The notes under the pieces: generated by a model
The model's input: the letters and a program-made list of their open reading frames with translations, nothing else
What the model was told of the DNA's origin: nothing
Databases searched by the model: none
Source of the DNA: Marsupella aquatica
Taxonomy: Eukaryota; Plantae; Marchantiophyta
Length of the DNA stretch: 64,000 nt
Reading direction: 5' to 3'
NCBI GenBank assembly: GCA_973895155.1
Contig: OZ316891.1
Location: 29,437,611 to 29,501,610 of the forward strand
Translations under genes and position numbers: made by a program
Shown here: in pieces, positions 12,001 to 21,200 of the stretch
How the letters are laid out: every line of letters begins with the position of its first letter
Position numbering within the stretch: position 1 is the first letter of the stretch

Positions 12001-15000
12001 TGTCACAGTAAGTGGTAGGAGGACAACCTCACCTTGGGACACTCTCAATGAAGGAGGGGGCGATGTAACTGGGTCTCTAGCAGCTGAGTTGGCGGATGAT
12101 TATGTACGTGCTGGAGTGAGTGCATTATCATCATTCAGTGCTGACAGAAGAAATCATGATCGAAGATCTGGAAAATCTTACTCGACCATACAACAGTTGC
12201 TGGAGAAAGCAAGCCTCAAAGATGAAGGAAGAAAGAGAGCTGAAGATGGCAGTCCCGGTGCTTGGCTATTCGATGGGCAAGGGGATGGTTTGCTTTTGAG
12301 AACCATGCAATGGTCAGCTAGTGAGAGCTGGAGTCTTGTTACGGCATTTTGTCGAGCCCATGGTCTTCCATTCAGTACGACGTATCTGGAGATTCTTGCG
12401 AGAGACAATGATTGGGTGGGGTTTTTAGCAGAGGCCCAGCTAGAGGGTTGCCCTCTTGACCTGCTGGTGACAATCGTTTCGAAAGAGTTCACTAATCCTC
12501 GTCTTCAGAGCCAACTTTTATTTGTTTTGAAGAATTTACCAGGAGCTGCTTCAGAGAAGCCAGCTGGAGTTGCAGCTCCGGAGTACAACTCTTTTCTTTC
12601 ACCGAACCTGGAACCCCTTGTTTCCGGCATGAGTGCAAATGCTGAATTGTTTAGCCTTCTGGCAGATTGTGAAGGAAGCAAGCATCCTGGGAAGGACTTG
12701 TTGAGGAAAGCGAAAAAACTCCGGTGGCCTCTTCTAGCTGTTGTGGCATCTTGCTCCACAGATGTCACTCCTCAAGCTTGTTTGACCACATGGTTAGAAA
12801 TTACAGTTGTTAAGGAAGCCTCAGTAACTGAAATCACAGACGCTGCAACGCAATCAACACTGTCAGGCCGCATCGCTGCTGCAGTGGATGCAACAAATGC
12901 CGGAGCAGGTACGGACTCCATAAGTGCATTTAGATACAACCGGACTTCTTCCAACAAGAGACAGCGTTTGTCATCAGAGGACGTTGTAACGGAAGTAGAT
13001 GTAGTCCATGCCGTCCCTGATGGTGGCAATTCTGACCTTACTACGGATGCGCAAGCGTCACAGACGGATGAACGTGCATTCCCAGCTGGACGTCCGCAGG
13101 GTGAAGGTCCATCAGGGGCTGGTGGTGATGGTGGTCGAGAGCAGGAGGAGTCTTTGGCATCTTTGGTAGCTATTCTATGTGAGCAGCAAAGATTTCTTCC
13201 ACTACTCAGAGCATTTGAGCTGTTTACACCAACTTCGTCATTTCTACCTTTCCTCCGTTTCCTCCAGGCCTTCTCACAAATGCGGATCTCAGAGGCCTCC
13301 GCGCACTTAGCTTCTTTTACGGCACGTCTCAAGGAGGAGATGCAGCAAAACAGTAGAAGCATCAGTAGAAGTAGTAATACAACAGCCTGGATAACGAGAG
13401 CTGCGATTGCAGCTGCAGACGCTATGCATGGAGCATGCCCATCAGCATATGAACGTCGGTGTCTTCTCCAGCTACTCTCGGGATCTGACTTTGGTGATGG
13501 AGGCGTTGCAGCTATGAGATATCGCCGGCTGTACTGGAAGATTCAGCTTGCAGAGCCTGCCCTACAAGAGGGGTCCGGGTCGGATCCTGTGACTGACGGT
13601 GCTAACTTGGATGATAAAGCATTGTTTGACACACTGGAAAAGAGTACTCAATGGGAGCAGGCCAGGAGCTGGGCAAGACAGTTGGATCCTGTTCAGAGTG
13701 GATCAGCTCTTCACCGTGTTACCGAGACACAAGCTGAGGCAATGGTGACTGAGTGGAAGGATTTTTTGTGGGATGTGCCTGAAGAGAGAGTTGCTCTTTG
13801 GAATCACTGCCAAGCACTCTTCACTATGCATGCTTTTCCGGCGCTAAAGGCTGGAGAATTTTTCCTCAAACATGCAGATGCATTGGAGCCAGAGCTTTCC
13901 TCGTCCGAGTTGCATAACATACTATTAGTGGCTCTTCAGTGGCTGAGTGGATCAATCACTAATTGTCCCCCGGTGTACCCACTGCATCTCCTTCACGAAC
14001 TGGAGACCAGAGTGTGGCTACTTGCTGTGGAATCTTCTGTAGATGATGAACGGGCTGGGAGTCAAGATGCAAGCTCCTCTCTTGCGTCAATGCGTTCTAC
14101 ACCTGTTGGAGGACTAAGTTATGAAATCTCGGCTGCCTCCCCCATGGCCATGAACTTTGTGGACCGAACAGCTGCTACTGTTTCTATCGTGGACAGCCAT
14201 TTGAAAAGGTCTTCTTCAAATAAATATGATGGAGATGAGGTTGCTCGTCACTGGAGTCAGAGTCCAGAGACGTCGACCAGTTCTTCACCGACAACCAAAC
14301 CCACCACTTCACGATTCAAACGGAAACAGAAGGAGCAACAAGACCAACCAAGGCGGGTTCTTTCTTACTCACCGGAAGTTGCCCCAAGCAATTTAGAAGA
14401 AGCTTTGCAATCAGAAGTAGTAGACCAGAGGGATAATGCTCCAGAAGTGCAAAGGCCTAGGTCTGACAAAGGTCCAACTGGAGAAGAAATTGTTGGTAGG
14501 TGGGAGGAAAGGGTTGGAGACGGAGAAGTAGATCGAGCAGTTCTTACTCTTCTGGAAGTTGGGCAAGTCGCTGCAGCAAAACTACTCCAACAAAAACTCT
14601 CACCAACAAATGTACCCTTGGAGTTTTCATTAGTGGAGGCTGGTCTAAAAGTTGCATCATTGTCTCCATTGACTATCACTGGTTCTGCCGTTTCCTCAGC
14701 CATTCCACCTGATGTGGTAGAGCATCTACAAACGTCAGGGCTTGTTGAAGATGTAATGAGGGTCTCGGCTATTGATATGCTTGAGAAGCTTACTGCAGCT
14801 TGTCGAGAAGGGTGTGGGAAGGGGCTATGCCAGAGAATATCTGCCATAGCAAAAATTGCAGATGTTTTGGGCCTGACTTTCGGTGATGCTTTTGCAAAGT
14901 CTCCAACACAGTTGCTGCATCTGCTAGCTCTAAAAGGTCAAGATTCTCTGGCTGAAGCAAAACTGTTGGTGGCCACTCATCCGATGCTTCCGGCAAGCGC

Positions 15001-16318
15001 CGCACGAATTTTAGCGGAGTCATTTCTGAAGGGCCTATTGGCTGCTCACCGTGGAGGATACATGCAATCCTCTTCCCAAAAGGAGGAGGGTCCTGCTCCC
15101 CTTCTTTGGAGACCTTCCGACTTCATCCGGTGGGCCCAACTCTGTACATCAGAGCCTGAAATAGGACATGCCCTGATGAGGCTTGTGATCAGTGGGCGTG
15201 ACATGCCCCATGCTTGTGAGGTGGAGCTCATTATTTTATCATATCGGTACTATGAAAGATCAGCGTGTCTGGATGGAGTGGACGTGTTAGTAGCCCTGGC
15301 AGCTACACGAGTGGACTCCTATCTTGCTGAAGGGGATTACTCATCGTTAGCGCGTCTGGTGACTGGGATAAGCAACTTTCAGGCGCTCCATTTCATAATT
15401 GATTTTCTGATTGAGAATGGTCAGCTTGAGCTGTTGCTTCAGAAGCGGTCAGCTGTGGATGCTGAACAGGAGTCTTCGGCTTCTATTCGAGGGTTCCGCA
15501 TGGCAGTCCTTTCAGCACTAAAGCACTTCAATCCTGATGATCTTGATGCTTTCGCCATGGTTTACAGCAACTTCAGCATGGCTCATGAAATGGCTTCCTT
15601 GCTGGAATCAAGGGGTCGGAGACTCCCAGAACTGTGGACCAGTAAGCAATTTGACCCAGAGGAGAGCGAGGAGTTCCTGGATATGATGCGCTTTTATGTT
15701 GAAGCAGCTAAAGTGTACTCAGGAATAGATGCAGGGAATAAGACGACGTGGTGCTGTGCTCAAGCATCACTGATATCCCTGCAACTTCGGATGCCTGACC
15801 ATATGTGGCTGAATCTCAGTGATACGAATGCGAGAAGGCTGCTCGTAGATCAACCTCGTTTCCAAGAGTCTCTCATTGTTGCAGAAGCATATGGCCTCAA
15901 CCAATCAGCAGAGTGGGTGCCAGTGATCTGGAATCAAATGCTGATACCCGGGAGAATCGACCAGTTTCTCAATGATTTTGTAGCAGCGTTACCCCTGACA
16001 CATTCAATGCTCATGGAACTAGCAAGATTTTACCGAGCTGAAGTCACTGCTCGAGGAGATCAGAATCAGTTGGATTTCTCCAAGTGGCTCACCCCAGGAG
16101 GAATTCCAGTTGAGTTGGCCCGGCATATCAGCAAGTCATTCAGGGCTTTGTTGAAGCACACACGGGACATGAAGGAGCGGCTACAACTTGCTACGGTTGC
16201 CACTGGATTCCCAGATGTTGTGGAATTGTGCCTCAAAAACATTGATAACATGCCTGTTACGTCAGGGCCGCTCATTCTGCGAAGAGGTCATGGGGGAACT
16301 TACGTGCCCATTATGTAG
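6059..16318 (+). CDS. SPG11: Spatacsin (SPG11 homologue, AP-5-associated), 3419 aa, single coding exon
   Basis: Uninterrupted ORF with motifs typical of plant spatacsins, e.g. LARDNDWVGFLAEAQ, HACEVELIIL...ACLDGVDVL and FQESLIVAEAYGLNQ, and a C-terminal GPLILRRGHGGTYVPIM. Confidence 0.92.
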   Translation: MESSEPEGTGNNVPAVLQLYSWGSRSTELPVSAFARAAFSPSRELLLLQSRDREVILFPLGERISNAGGNITPNPLRSAPPPPSSGSPDLPPAVSSPIFQGIRSRSVSDTAEFASFRHGSSSAAVNPLLQTSPSTSYSNPPQTFKTSSPNSPHTSLYPPPSPSPSLGDVDCFAWASHGDGFGCKGPSGWFKELLFTSNEEGLYIHGFSPKSVAENVKRSRPKAPDGLVGTEETDESTGSDVNGTWREGKWREWQAETTGVASESEFEVWEERNDSSSDRKEGDKRIVSYVVDAELEDSPEGLHLRFDGRNASWPPSADVVSFRFGAGSPFLSRLTSSNSRTASSSSNNNPISSAESSTTGPETEDGLTSEQPRAPAEDSADHHGSIEIVDIISNPSQTLIGIVTCQRSSTAEDSGLQKVSCGGDGGRGLGERNAIDEKKSKLGLMGNTIVSIALALEWGVKWIAAINLDERTTVNEAGTAPWASLVLTNDRLLGLKQDGGIFVWAASIGSLVAFIDLVRYCDLRPSSLLGAKKEIAHETEESGDLQQEKTKSIQTEDESSPHAFLNGESVESAEKETPFSGNFESSVESKESGGHRHRPKRHFTRLVATADSLLLAVTDDQGLLFVVSTDDYFVSQGHHYKSPSTNKKPYICTEDLKALSYWDGAGSDIGRALSTTLLPNRRFLKSLDDETDIHGVHKSVPNTGHKISGGRENGPGPPVHTKNILQSATGFTSRMEVARRGPMNFNKSQVRPIRRVFLPYKSTETLIAVALSFNAITTMVRSIHDGEIFSITQNGLHILDGAIDERDFYGNMARKMEDRVQKRSNYIGDVLPFCSQGFLYLLTASSLHVVLPPLALSQSKSAPSQLNFHEERRYPGFSLETQIGNISFRGQGLLRHPWQTEVVDRALVCDGSEEAELLCLENGWSLQLLHLRRLQLAVDFVRTQDVQQALEALARVGAVESGVLCLLFAAVELMLNQHISDNELAQASKLLSSAASFTTRLVRQHGVTGWQSPYQQKSSHGSLESSRHKTAVTLSELARFLEVIRTLQVCLEEKRKGPNIKKGESGRDKAFVSFEDPNVKAPLEAIDEGVEETIAPYVVVEQGSGSKVKAMLSVTGVPSSNDSTALGSPSSSALVPTGSFSTGTGASWDISPTEVEGGKSRRRSHIESPGEMFSRWENENVDAAGVVRDALKSSGRLALAVAQLQRMRMISARDNPPQEQGVESEDVFSELLRIGRGIVYELFCKGKTALAIAALRRLGEDIESALRDLALGTVGRFLHAQAVKELQRLMRLSTSDVQLFERVSLIEKEYASSNFWRTYEARRRQGVGASPSPALESNRNALSLVCEIFGEDGFKIECGEVDGVVLGSWSMIDDQPGVVEEELNLQESNTSGYWAAAAVWLQPWDSQTVDKILLEPLLLQEGVVSWEAKLEFHVAHHNWQAVIHLLEEVPSSVQYEGMLHVHLDSDDTLSYDPSLPFSGVSDGLARGNLRNPWLGDGDTGEAVIPKVQILALDLSSVCNTSMWQIIEERLVRNHIFLKEHWKGTVELMALFSRAGLLFHPYSWGRNTRSKDLMFPGPTKGSKLHKDAVFGLHELVVQHCLRHSLPHFLELYLDFHSLALDKGYSTIMQYLVGHCKWALWLLYTGLQRREYDASFANSLTILAPTRNSKESVEDVNFLKTVDDMAIAGGEIMALATLMYAPVLLQKCLCTGHISSRHDRGSWQCTLESLQPGLQHFPTLWSTLVGACFGHDSWGFAYGRPLNPGSPGRLNQYLEWHQRLFSCARGDTSLLQMSPTWLPHGVRYLLQLTIRGPELNGGNIDLAVPTIGSMGSYEENSQLLESLVSPWEEGIQKTIEEELYAHNSEDLGWDCKHHLRRGHGVAAFSVLLNSRVQSSQDLKSGYGRLHSSEIQALFSPLTADEEKLIASVIPAVVMDYENSTVVAAFALFVELCGLSANLLRVDIAALRRISSYMKSLSHLSNNVVTVSGRRTTSPWDTLNEGGGDVTGSLAAELADDYVRAGVSALSSFSADRRNHDRRSGKSYSTIQQLLEKASLKDEGRKRAEDGSPGAWLFDGQGDGLLLRTMQWSASESWSLVTAFCRAHGLPFSTTYLEILARDNDWVGFLAEAQLEGCPLDLLVTIVSKEFTNPRLQSQLLFVLKNLPGAASEKPAGVAAPEYNSFLSPNLEPLVSGMSANAELFSLLADCEGSKHPGKDLLRKAKKLRWPLLAVVASCSTDVTPQACLTTWLEITVVKEASVTEITDAATQSTLSGRIAAAVDATNAGAGTDSISAFRYNRTSSNKRQRLSSEDVVTEVDVVHAVPDGGNSDLTTDAQASQTDERAFPAGRPQGEGPSGAGGDGGREQEESLASLVAILCEQQRFLPLLRAFELFTPTSSFLPFLRFLQAFSQMRISEASAHLASFTARLKEEMQQNSRSISRSSNTTAWITRAAIAAADAMHGACPSAYERRCLLQLLSGSDFGDGGVAAMRYRRLYWKIQLAEPALQEGSGSDPVTDGANLDDKALFDTLEKSTQWEQARSWARQLDPVQSGSALHRVTETQAEAMVTEWKDFLWDVPEERVALWNHCQALFTMHAFPALKAGEFFLKHADALEPELSSSELHNILLVALQWLSGSITNCPPVYPLHLLHELETRVWLLAVESSVDDERAGSQDASSSLASMRSTPVGGLSYEISAASPMAMNFVDRTAATVSIVDSHLKRSSSNKYDGDEVARHWSQSPETSTSSSPTTKPTTSRFKRKQKEQQDQPRRVLSYSPEVAPSNLEEALQSEVVDQRDNAPEVQRPRSDKGPTGEEIVGRWEERVGDGEVDRAVLTLLEVGQVAAAKLLQQKLSPTNVPLEFSLVEAGLKVASLSPLTITGSAVSSAIPPDVVEHLQTSGLVEDVMRVSAIDMLEKLTAACREGCGKGLCQRISAIAKIADVLGLTFGDAFAKSPTQLLHLLALKGQDSLAEAKLLVATHPMLPASAARILAESFLKGLLAAHRGGYMQSSSQKEEGPAPLLWRPSDFIRWAQLCTSEPEIGHALMRLVISGRDMPHACEVELIILSYRYYERSACLDGVDVLVALAATRVDSYLAEGDYSSLARLVTGISNFQALHFIIDFLIENGQLELLLQKRSAVDAEQESSASIRGFRMAVLSALKHFNPDDLDAFAMVYSNFSMAHEMASLLESRGRRLPELWTSKQFDPEESEEFLDMMRFYVEAAKVYSGIDAGNKTTWCCAQASLISLQLRMPDHMWLNLSDTNARRLLVDQPRFQESLIVAEAYGLNQSAEWVPVIWNQMLIPGRIDQFLNDFVAALPLTHSMLMELARFYRAEVTARGDQNQLDFSKWLTPGGIPVELARHISKSFRALLKHTRDMKERLQLATVATGFPDVVELCLKNIDNMPVTSGPLILRRGHGGTYVPIM

Positions 16319-18162
16319 GCTGCTGAGCCTCCGATCCAGCATACTTCTTCAGGGCGATCGCACCATTTGGACCTGGGTCAAGCCAAGCGTTGCCTGGAAT
16401 TGCAGCCATTGTAGATTATTACCGTTGCCCGTGAAAGCAACCGCTGTAGTTCAGTTGGTGTTACTTCAAGGGTGTAACACTTTTTGTTCAAGCAGACTAG
16501 GACATGAATGAACCCCACACTCCCACAACCATCCTGTCTTTTGATCATGAGTCTGGGTCATGGATCCTTTAAATTGATGAGGCACGATTCCATGAAAGAA
16601 AATTGGAATTAATTATTTTGGGCACCATGCTGCTCCCGGAAAGGTTTTTAGAATTTTATGGGCACTACCACCCTGGTATTGATTGTACAGCATTTGGAGA
16701 TCTTCAAATGACAAGAATACACAGGACTGCACTTTTCAATCAATAAATCAAAACGACTGGCTGAGATTGATGGCCAAGGTGCCCAGGATTTGGAAGTTAC
16801 GTCCCTGACTCTAAAGTGTCCTCTTTCATGTACCATAGCGACAATAGTTTGCAAAGTTGCAGAAGGCATAGTTTCGTTGCAGATTTTGGTTTGTGGACAT
16901 TTGTCCAGCGAATTAGTGCTATGTAATCAATCTAAGCTGGAATTCGAATTCATATCCCTGCGCCCATGCGGACATCATCAGTATGATGTGAAGGCCATCA
17001 TCGACTTAGTGGTGACAGAGGTTCTGTTCATTTCGATGGTAAATGGTTGGAAGGCATAGGAACAAAGTTTTACAGAGTCGTATACGACAAATATTGGGAC
17101 TTGCAATTGGATGTCCGGGTTCAATTCCAAAACCCAGCTCCAGAAGACTTCGACGAGCCAGCCCCAGCAAACTATCTTCATTTGAAACGTTGATCTTAGG
17201 GGCTGACACTACAGCATGGTACGTTTAATCTTGTCAAAATTGATTCTGTTAATCTTGTCAATTATTGCTGTAAAATCCGTTCATGGAAAAAACGTCAAGG
17301 TCTGGGAAAGGGACAGTTTGAGTGGACGAAACGTTCTGCTTTGTATTATGACACAGAAATCGGGGCTAAACTTTTCATTTCTTTCAGAAGCGGGATAACG
17401 AAGTTTGATGCTCCGTTATAGTTTTTATATCTTTCAGAGACGGAGTAACTAACTTTGATTCCGGTGTTAAGGTTTTAGGATTTTGCGAGAATGTCTTTTT
17501 CGTGGCTCCAAAACCATGATCTGTCCTCGCATTCAGTACATATATCAGGTGGAACAGAGACAGTATCTTACAGGGTACACATCCCAAACGTCACACTGAA
17601 AGAACAGCTCAAACGTTCGTCATAGTTTGGAAAAGAATCAAAGGTTACGAGAATAAATATTGCCCAACACTAATGAATATTGCTTGGCCACCAAAAAATG
17701 GAAAAGAATTTGTTGAGGCAGAGCAAGAGTTTGGATTCTGTATCAAAATGGTGGACGTGAGGACACTTTCTTTCTTTTGAGCGAGTCATACTCCCCTCCG
17801 AAAACTCCTATTTCCAGTGACACTTTAATCTGCTTCACAGGTCACCTGGAGAGTCCTCCGCAGCTGACAGTTGAAACTCAACTGAGGAGACTCAGCCGTT
17901 TTACGAGCCGTTCAATCTGTGGTTGCTTTTTTTGCCCTTCAGCTGCAAATCGAACATGTCCCTGAACTTGGTCTCTACTTTCTCGGTTACCCACGTACTC
18001 CCAGCACGTCCAGTTCATCAACTTTCAGCATCTTCTTAAGATGGCAGCCACAGGAGTTTTTTGAGTACCAGTTTGTCCAATCATTTGAGATTCAGAATTT
18101 GACAGTATTGGGTATACACAGCTAGCAGGCTTTTCAGTCACTGCAATCCACTCATTCTTGCT

Positions 18163-18232
18163 CCCTTGCAAGAATGAGGTACCCAAATTGCCAAGAAGGG
18201 CCCTTCTTTTGGGTACCTCATTCTTGCAAGGG
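18163..18232. repeat. Perfect 25-bp inverted repeat hairpin just downstream of the AT-1 stop codon
   Basis: cccttgcaagaatgaggtacccaaa ... tttgggtacctcattcttgcaaggg, with an internal palindrome aagaagggcccttctt. Confidence 0.9.
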
Positions 18233-18257
18233 CCAGACTGTCATTTGGGTGAGTTGT

Positions 18258-21200
18258 TCACGCCCGCCATGCAGCTTCTTTTGACATCTCAAGTTCTCGT
18301 AACTTCCTATAACACAGGTGACCAATTACTGCACCAACGAGAACCATTCCAAAAGATAGCGGATAGAAACCATCCAGCGTCGTGACACATTTTCCTGCTG
18401 CATCTGTGCACGAGCTAGTGGAGCCTTTCTTCAAAGTACAACTGAGAGCGAGACCTCCATGTTCCCCCTTAGCATCAACACAGTGTTGAACCGTGAGCAT
18501 ATCTAGCAGAATGAATACAAAAAACTTGGGCCAAGCTGATCCGAAGTTTGAAATCGTGTTCAGCAGTGTTAAGTAGGTGCCTCCCATAGATGAATCACTG
18601 ATGCGAGAAAAGAAGGTTCCCTGCACAACGAAGTGGTAGCGGTGTTCAATACACCAACGCTACTGTAGTAGTGGATTCCGGAGGGTACAAGAGACACACA
18701 GGGTTGGAAATCTTTACCTTTCAGCTAAATACAAAATCTCTCTGTGATCTTTAACTGTCACACCTAATCCAGATGCGCAAAGCAAGGACCCACCCACCCA
18801 TCCAAGACTGCAACCAACGTACCTGAGCAACGAACATCATGGTCGAGGCAAAAGATGTGACCACTCCAGATAGAATAATCAAAATGTAGAAAAATGGCGC
18901 ACTTCTCAACGTGGCTCCAACCGGAAATAAAGCAACAAGTAAGGTGGACACTGCCGCCATGCTCAACCGCAAGTAATACCCTGTCAACCAAGGTGTGAAT
19001 GGACGCCCCTTGCTTGCCCACCTCCCAGCAAACACAGCAAATATAAGCTCCAGTGGGAATTCGATGAGTACCACTAGAGACACCACTTCCTGTTTGCAAG
19101 GCGGAAGGGAGAGGGTTAAAAGCACCTTTCTCTTTTTGCTGTGCTGTCAAGTATGCATGGAAGTTTCTACATCTGCACTTTCAGCAAAGGGGCCTATTTT
19201 GTAGCGCAATCTTTATTAAAATGGCATTGAGCATTGCACCGACAGCATAGTTGAATTAAAGGACGAGCTTGAGTACTCTTGAAAAGACTCAATCAATATT
19301 AGTAACGAAGAGGACATGTTTAATAGTGTAGAATCAAGGCAGATACACTACCCCGGTGACAAACACTCAGCGTTATGTTCAGGATAACTCACTCGCGTTA
19401 CACCTTTCTCCATCAGCTTGAACACACTAACAGCTTCCGCAGTTATACTCCCAAGCTGTTGTACACAAGAAACCATACCACATAAGAATCAACAAACGAG
19501 AATCATGGCTCCAGTTCAGTAATCCATTTCGAATGAATGTATTTGCCAGCGAAAATAGGTGTCCTTAATAGACTCCACAGAAACGTCATTGATAGACCCA
19601 ACTTGAAGGGAAGAGAGTGACGTTGTCCCTTGTAGACCTTGAACCCTTCACAAAAATGCATTAACTTCATGACAGCCAATTTTATGCTAGGTGGAGCTCG
19701 GACAGTTGAAAAAAAGTGGTCTTGGTATTCTTACCTTCGAGATCAGAAGTATGGTGGTCAGAAGACGAATATCTGCGTTCTGGGTAAAGGAAACATTACC
19801 TATGCTCCTTAAGCCATGATGTGGAACATAGCATCAAGCGATGAAATGAAAGAGAACGACTTTCACACAATTCTACACACAAAAGTCAAGAGATATCTGA
19901 TAGTCACCGTAGACTTATCAACAAACTGAACAATTCCAATTCTCTGTTGATGTGAAATTTTTTCCACCCGAGAACGCGCGACTGAGACGAAAATTGGTAA
20001 ATCTTTCAACGAGAGAGCTCCAATCTTCACCAGACGACAGCAGACAAAGGATACTGGGTAAAGTGACTACCGCCCATAGTCTTTTGTACATTCGTTTCAC
20101 TCCCATTTTTTGAATAGTCCCAGCAACCTTATCATCCAAACTACCAGACCCAAGACTGTATAAACCATCTTTGCCACGTCGTCTCTCATCTGCAACCTCT
20201 CCAGATTTGGAAAAGTCTGATCTTGAGTGACCAGGAGAGGTATTGACGACCTGCGTATCGTGATGCGGCTTCTCAGACTTATAGAGTAGAAGGATGGTCG
20301 TAATGATGTAAAACCATCCCCAAAAGTAGAAGTACTTTGAAAGAGTCAAAATTCCTGCTTCCACAAGACCAAAGCTCATCTCGTAAGACAACCTCCACAC
20401 GTACCCGAGTAGCTCGTCCATTAAGCAATATTTGAACAGACAACAGAAACGGGGTACTGACCTTTAGGGTTTGGTATTGAGCGAAGATAATTGTTGCAGA
20501 AAGAGGAATCATTCAACGCAAGGAAGATTGTGAATGACATAAAATATCCAATATTTATACCTATACTCTGCAAAGGATCCAGACGTAGGGCTGATCAGCG
20601 ATTCTTCTTTCTTCTCCTTATGTGAACAAGACTGTCAGAAACTGGGGTTACGTACCGAGATGGAAGTACCTATATTCCTCAGTTGTTATGACACAGTGCT
20701 GAGAACCAACTTTCCCAAGTGGAGCTATCAATTCCAACTAAGCCCATTTTTACGAAATAGTGAAGTCATTCTACATTGACAGTCACTCTTGAACCATAAA
20801 AGAATACACGCAGTTCTGCAAAAGTGCGAATTGTCAACAAAGGAATCACATAATCGACTGCTGAGCTGCAACTCACGAAATACCTGGCAAGTGGAAGCAT
20901 GGCCAACATTTTTCCGTGACAATAATGTCAATGCCCAACCTATAACCCAGGAATGACAGCAAAGTGTAAATCAGTTACAGCTTCTTGCTATCTAAAGTGA
21001 ATGGTCAGCCACCCATATCTGGTTTCAACACTACCTCATCGTTTGTTCAGACTGCCAGTTACAGAGAGCTTACATCATACAGTATTGAACATACAAGAGA
21101 GGAATACCTCTACAAAAACACCTTAGATGTACGACTTCCGGATTCTTCTCTACTCAGTGTCATCAATATTGGGCAAGCTGCAAAATTGAGTCAGTGTCTT

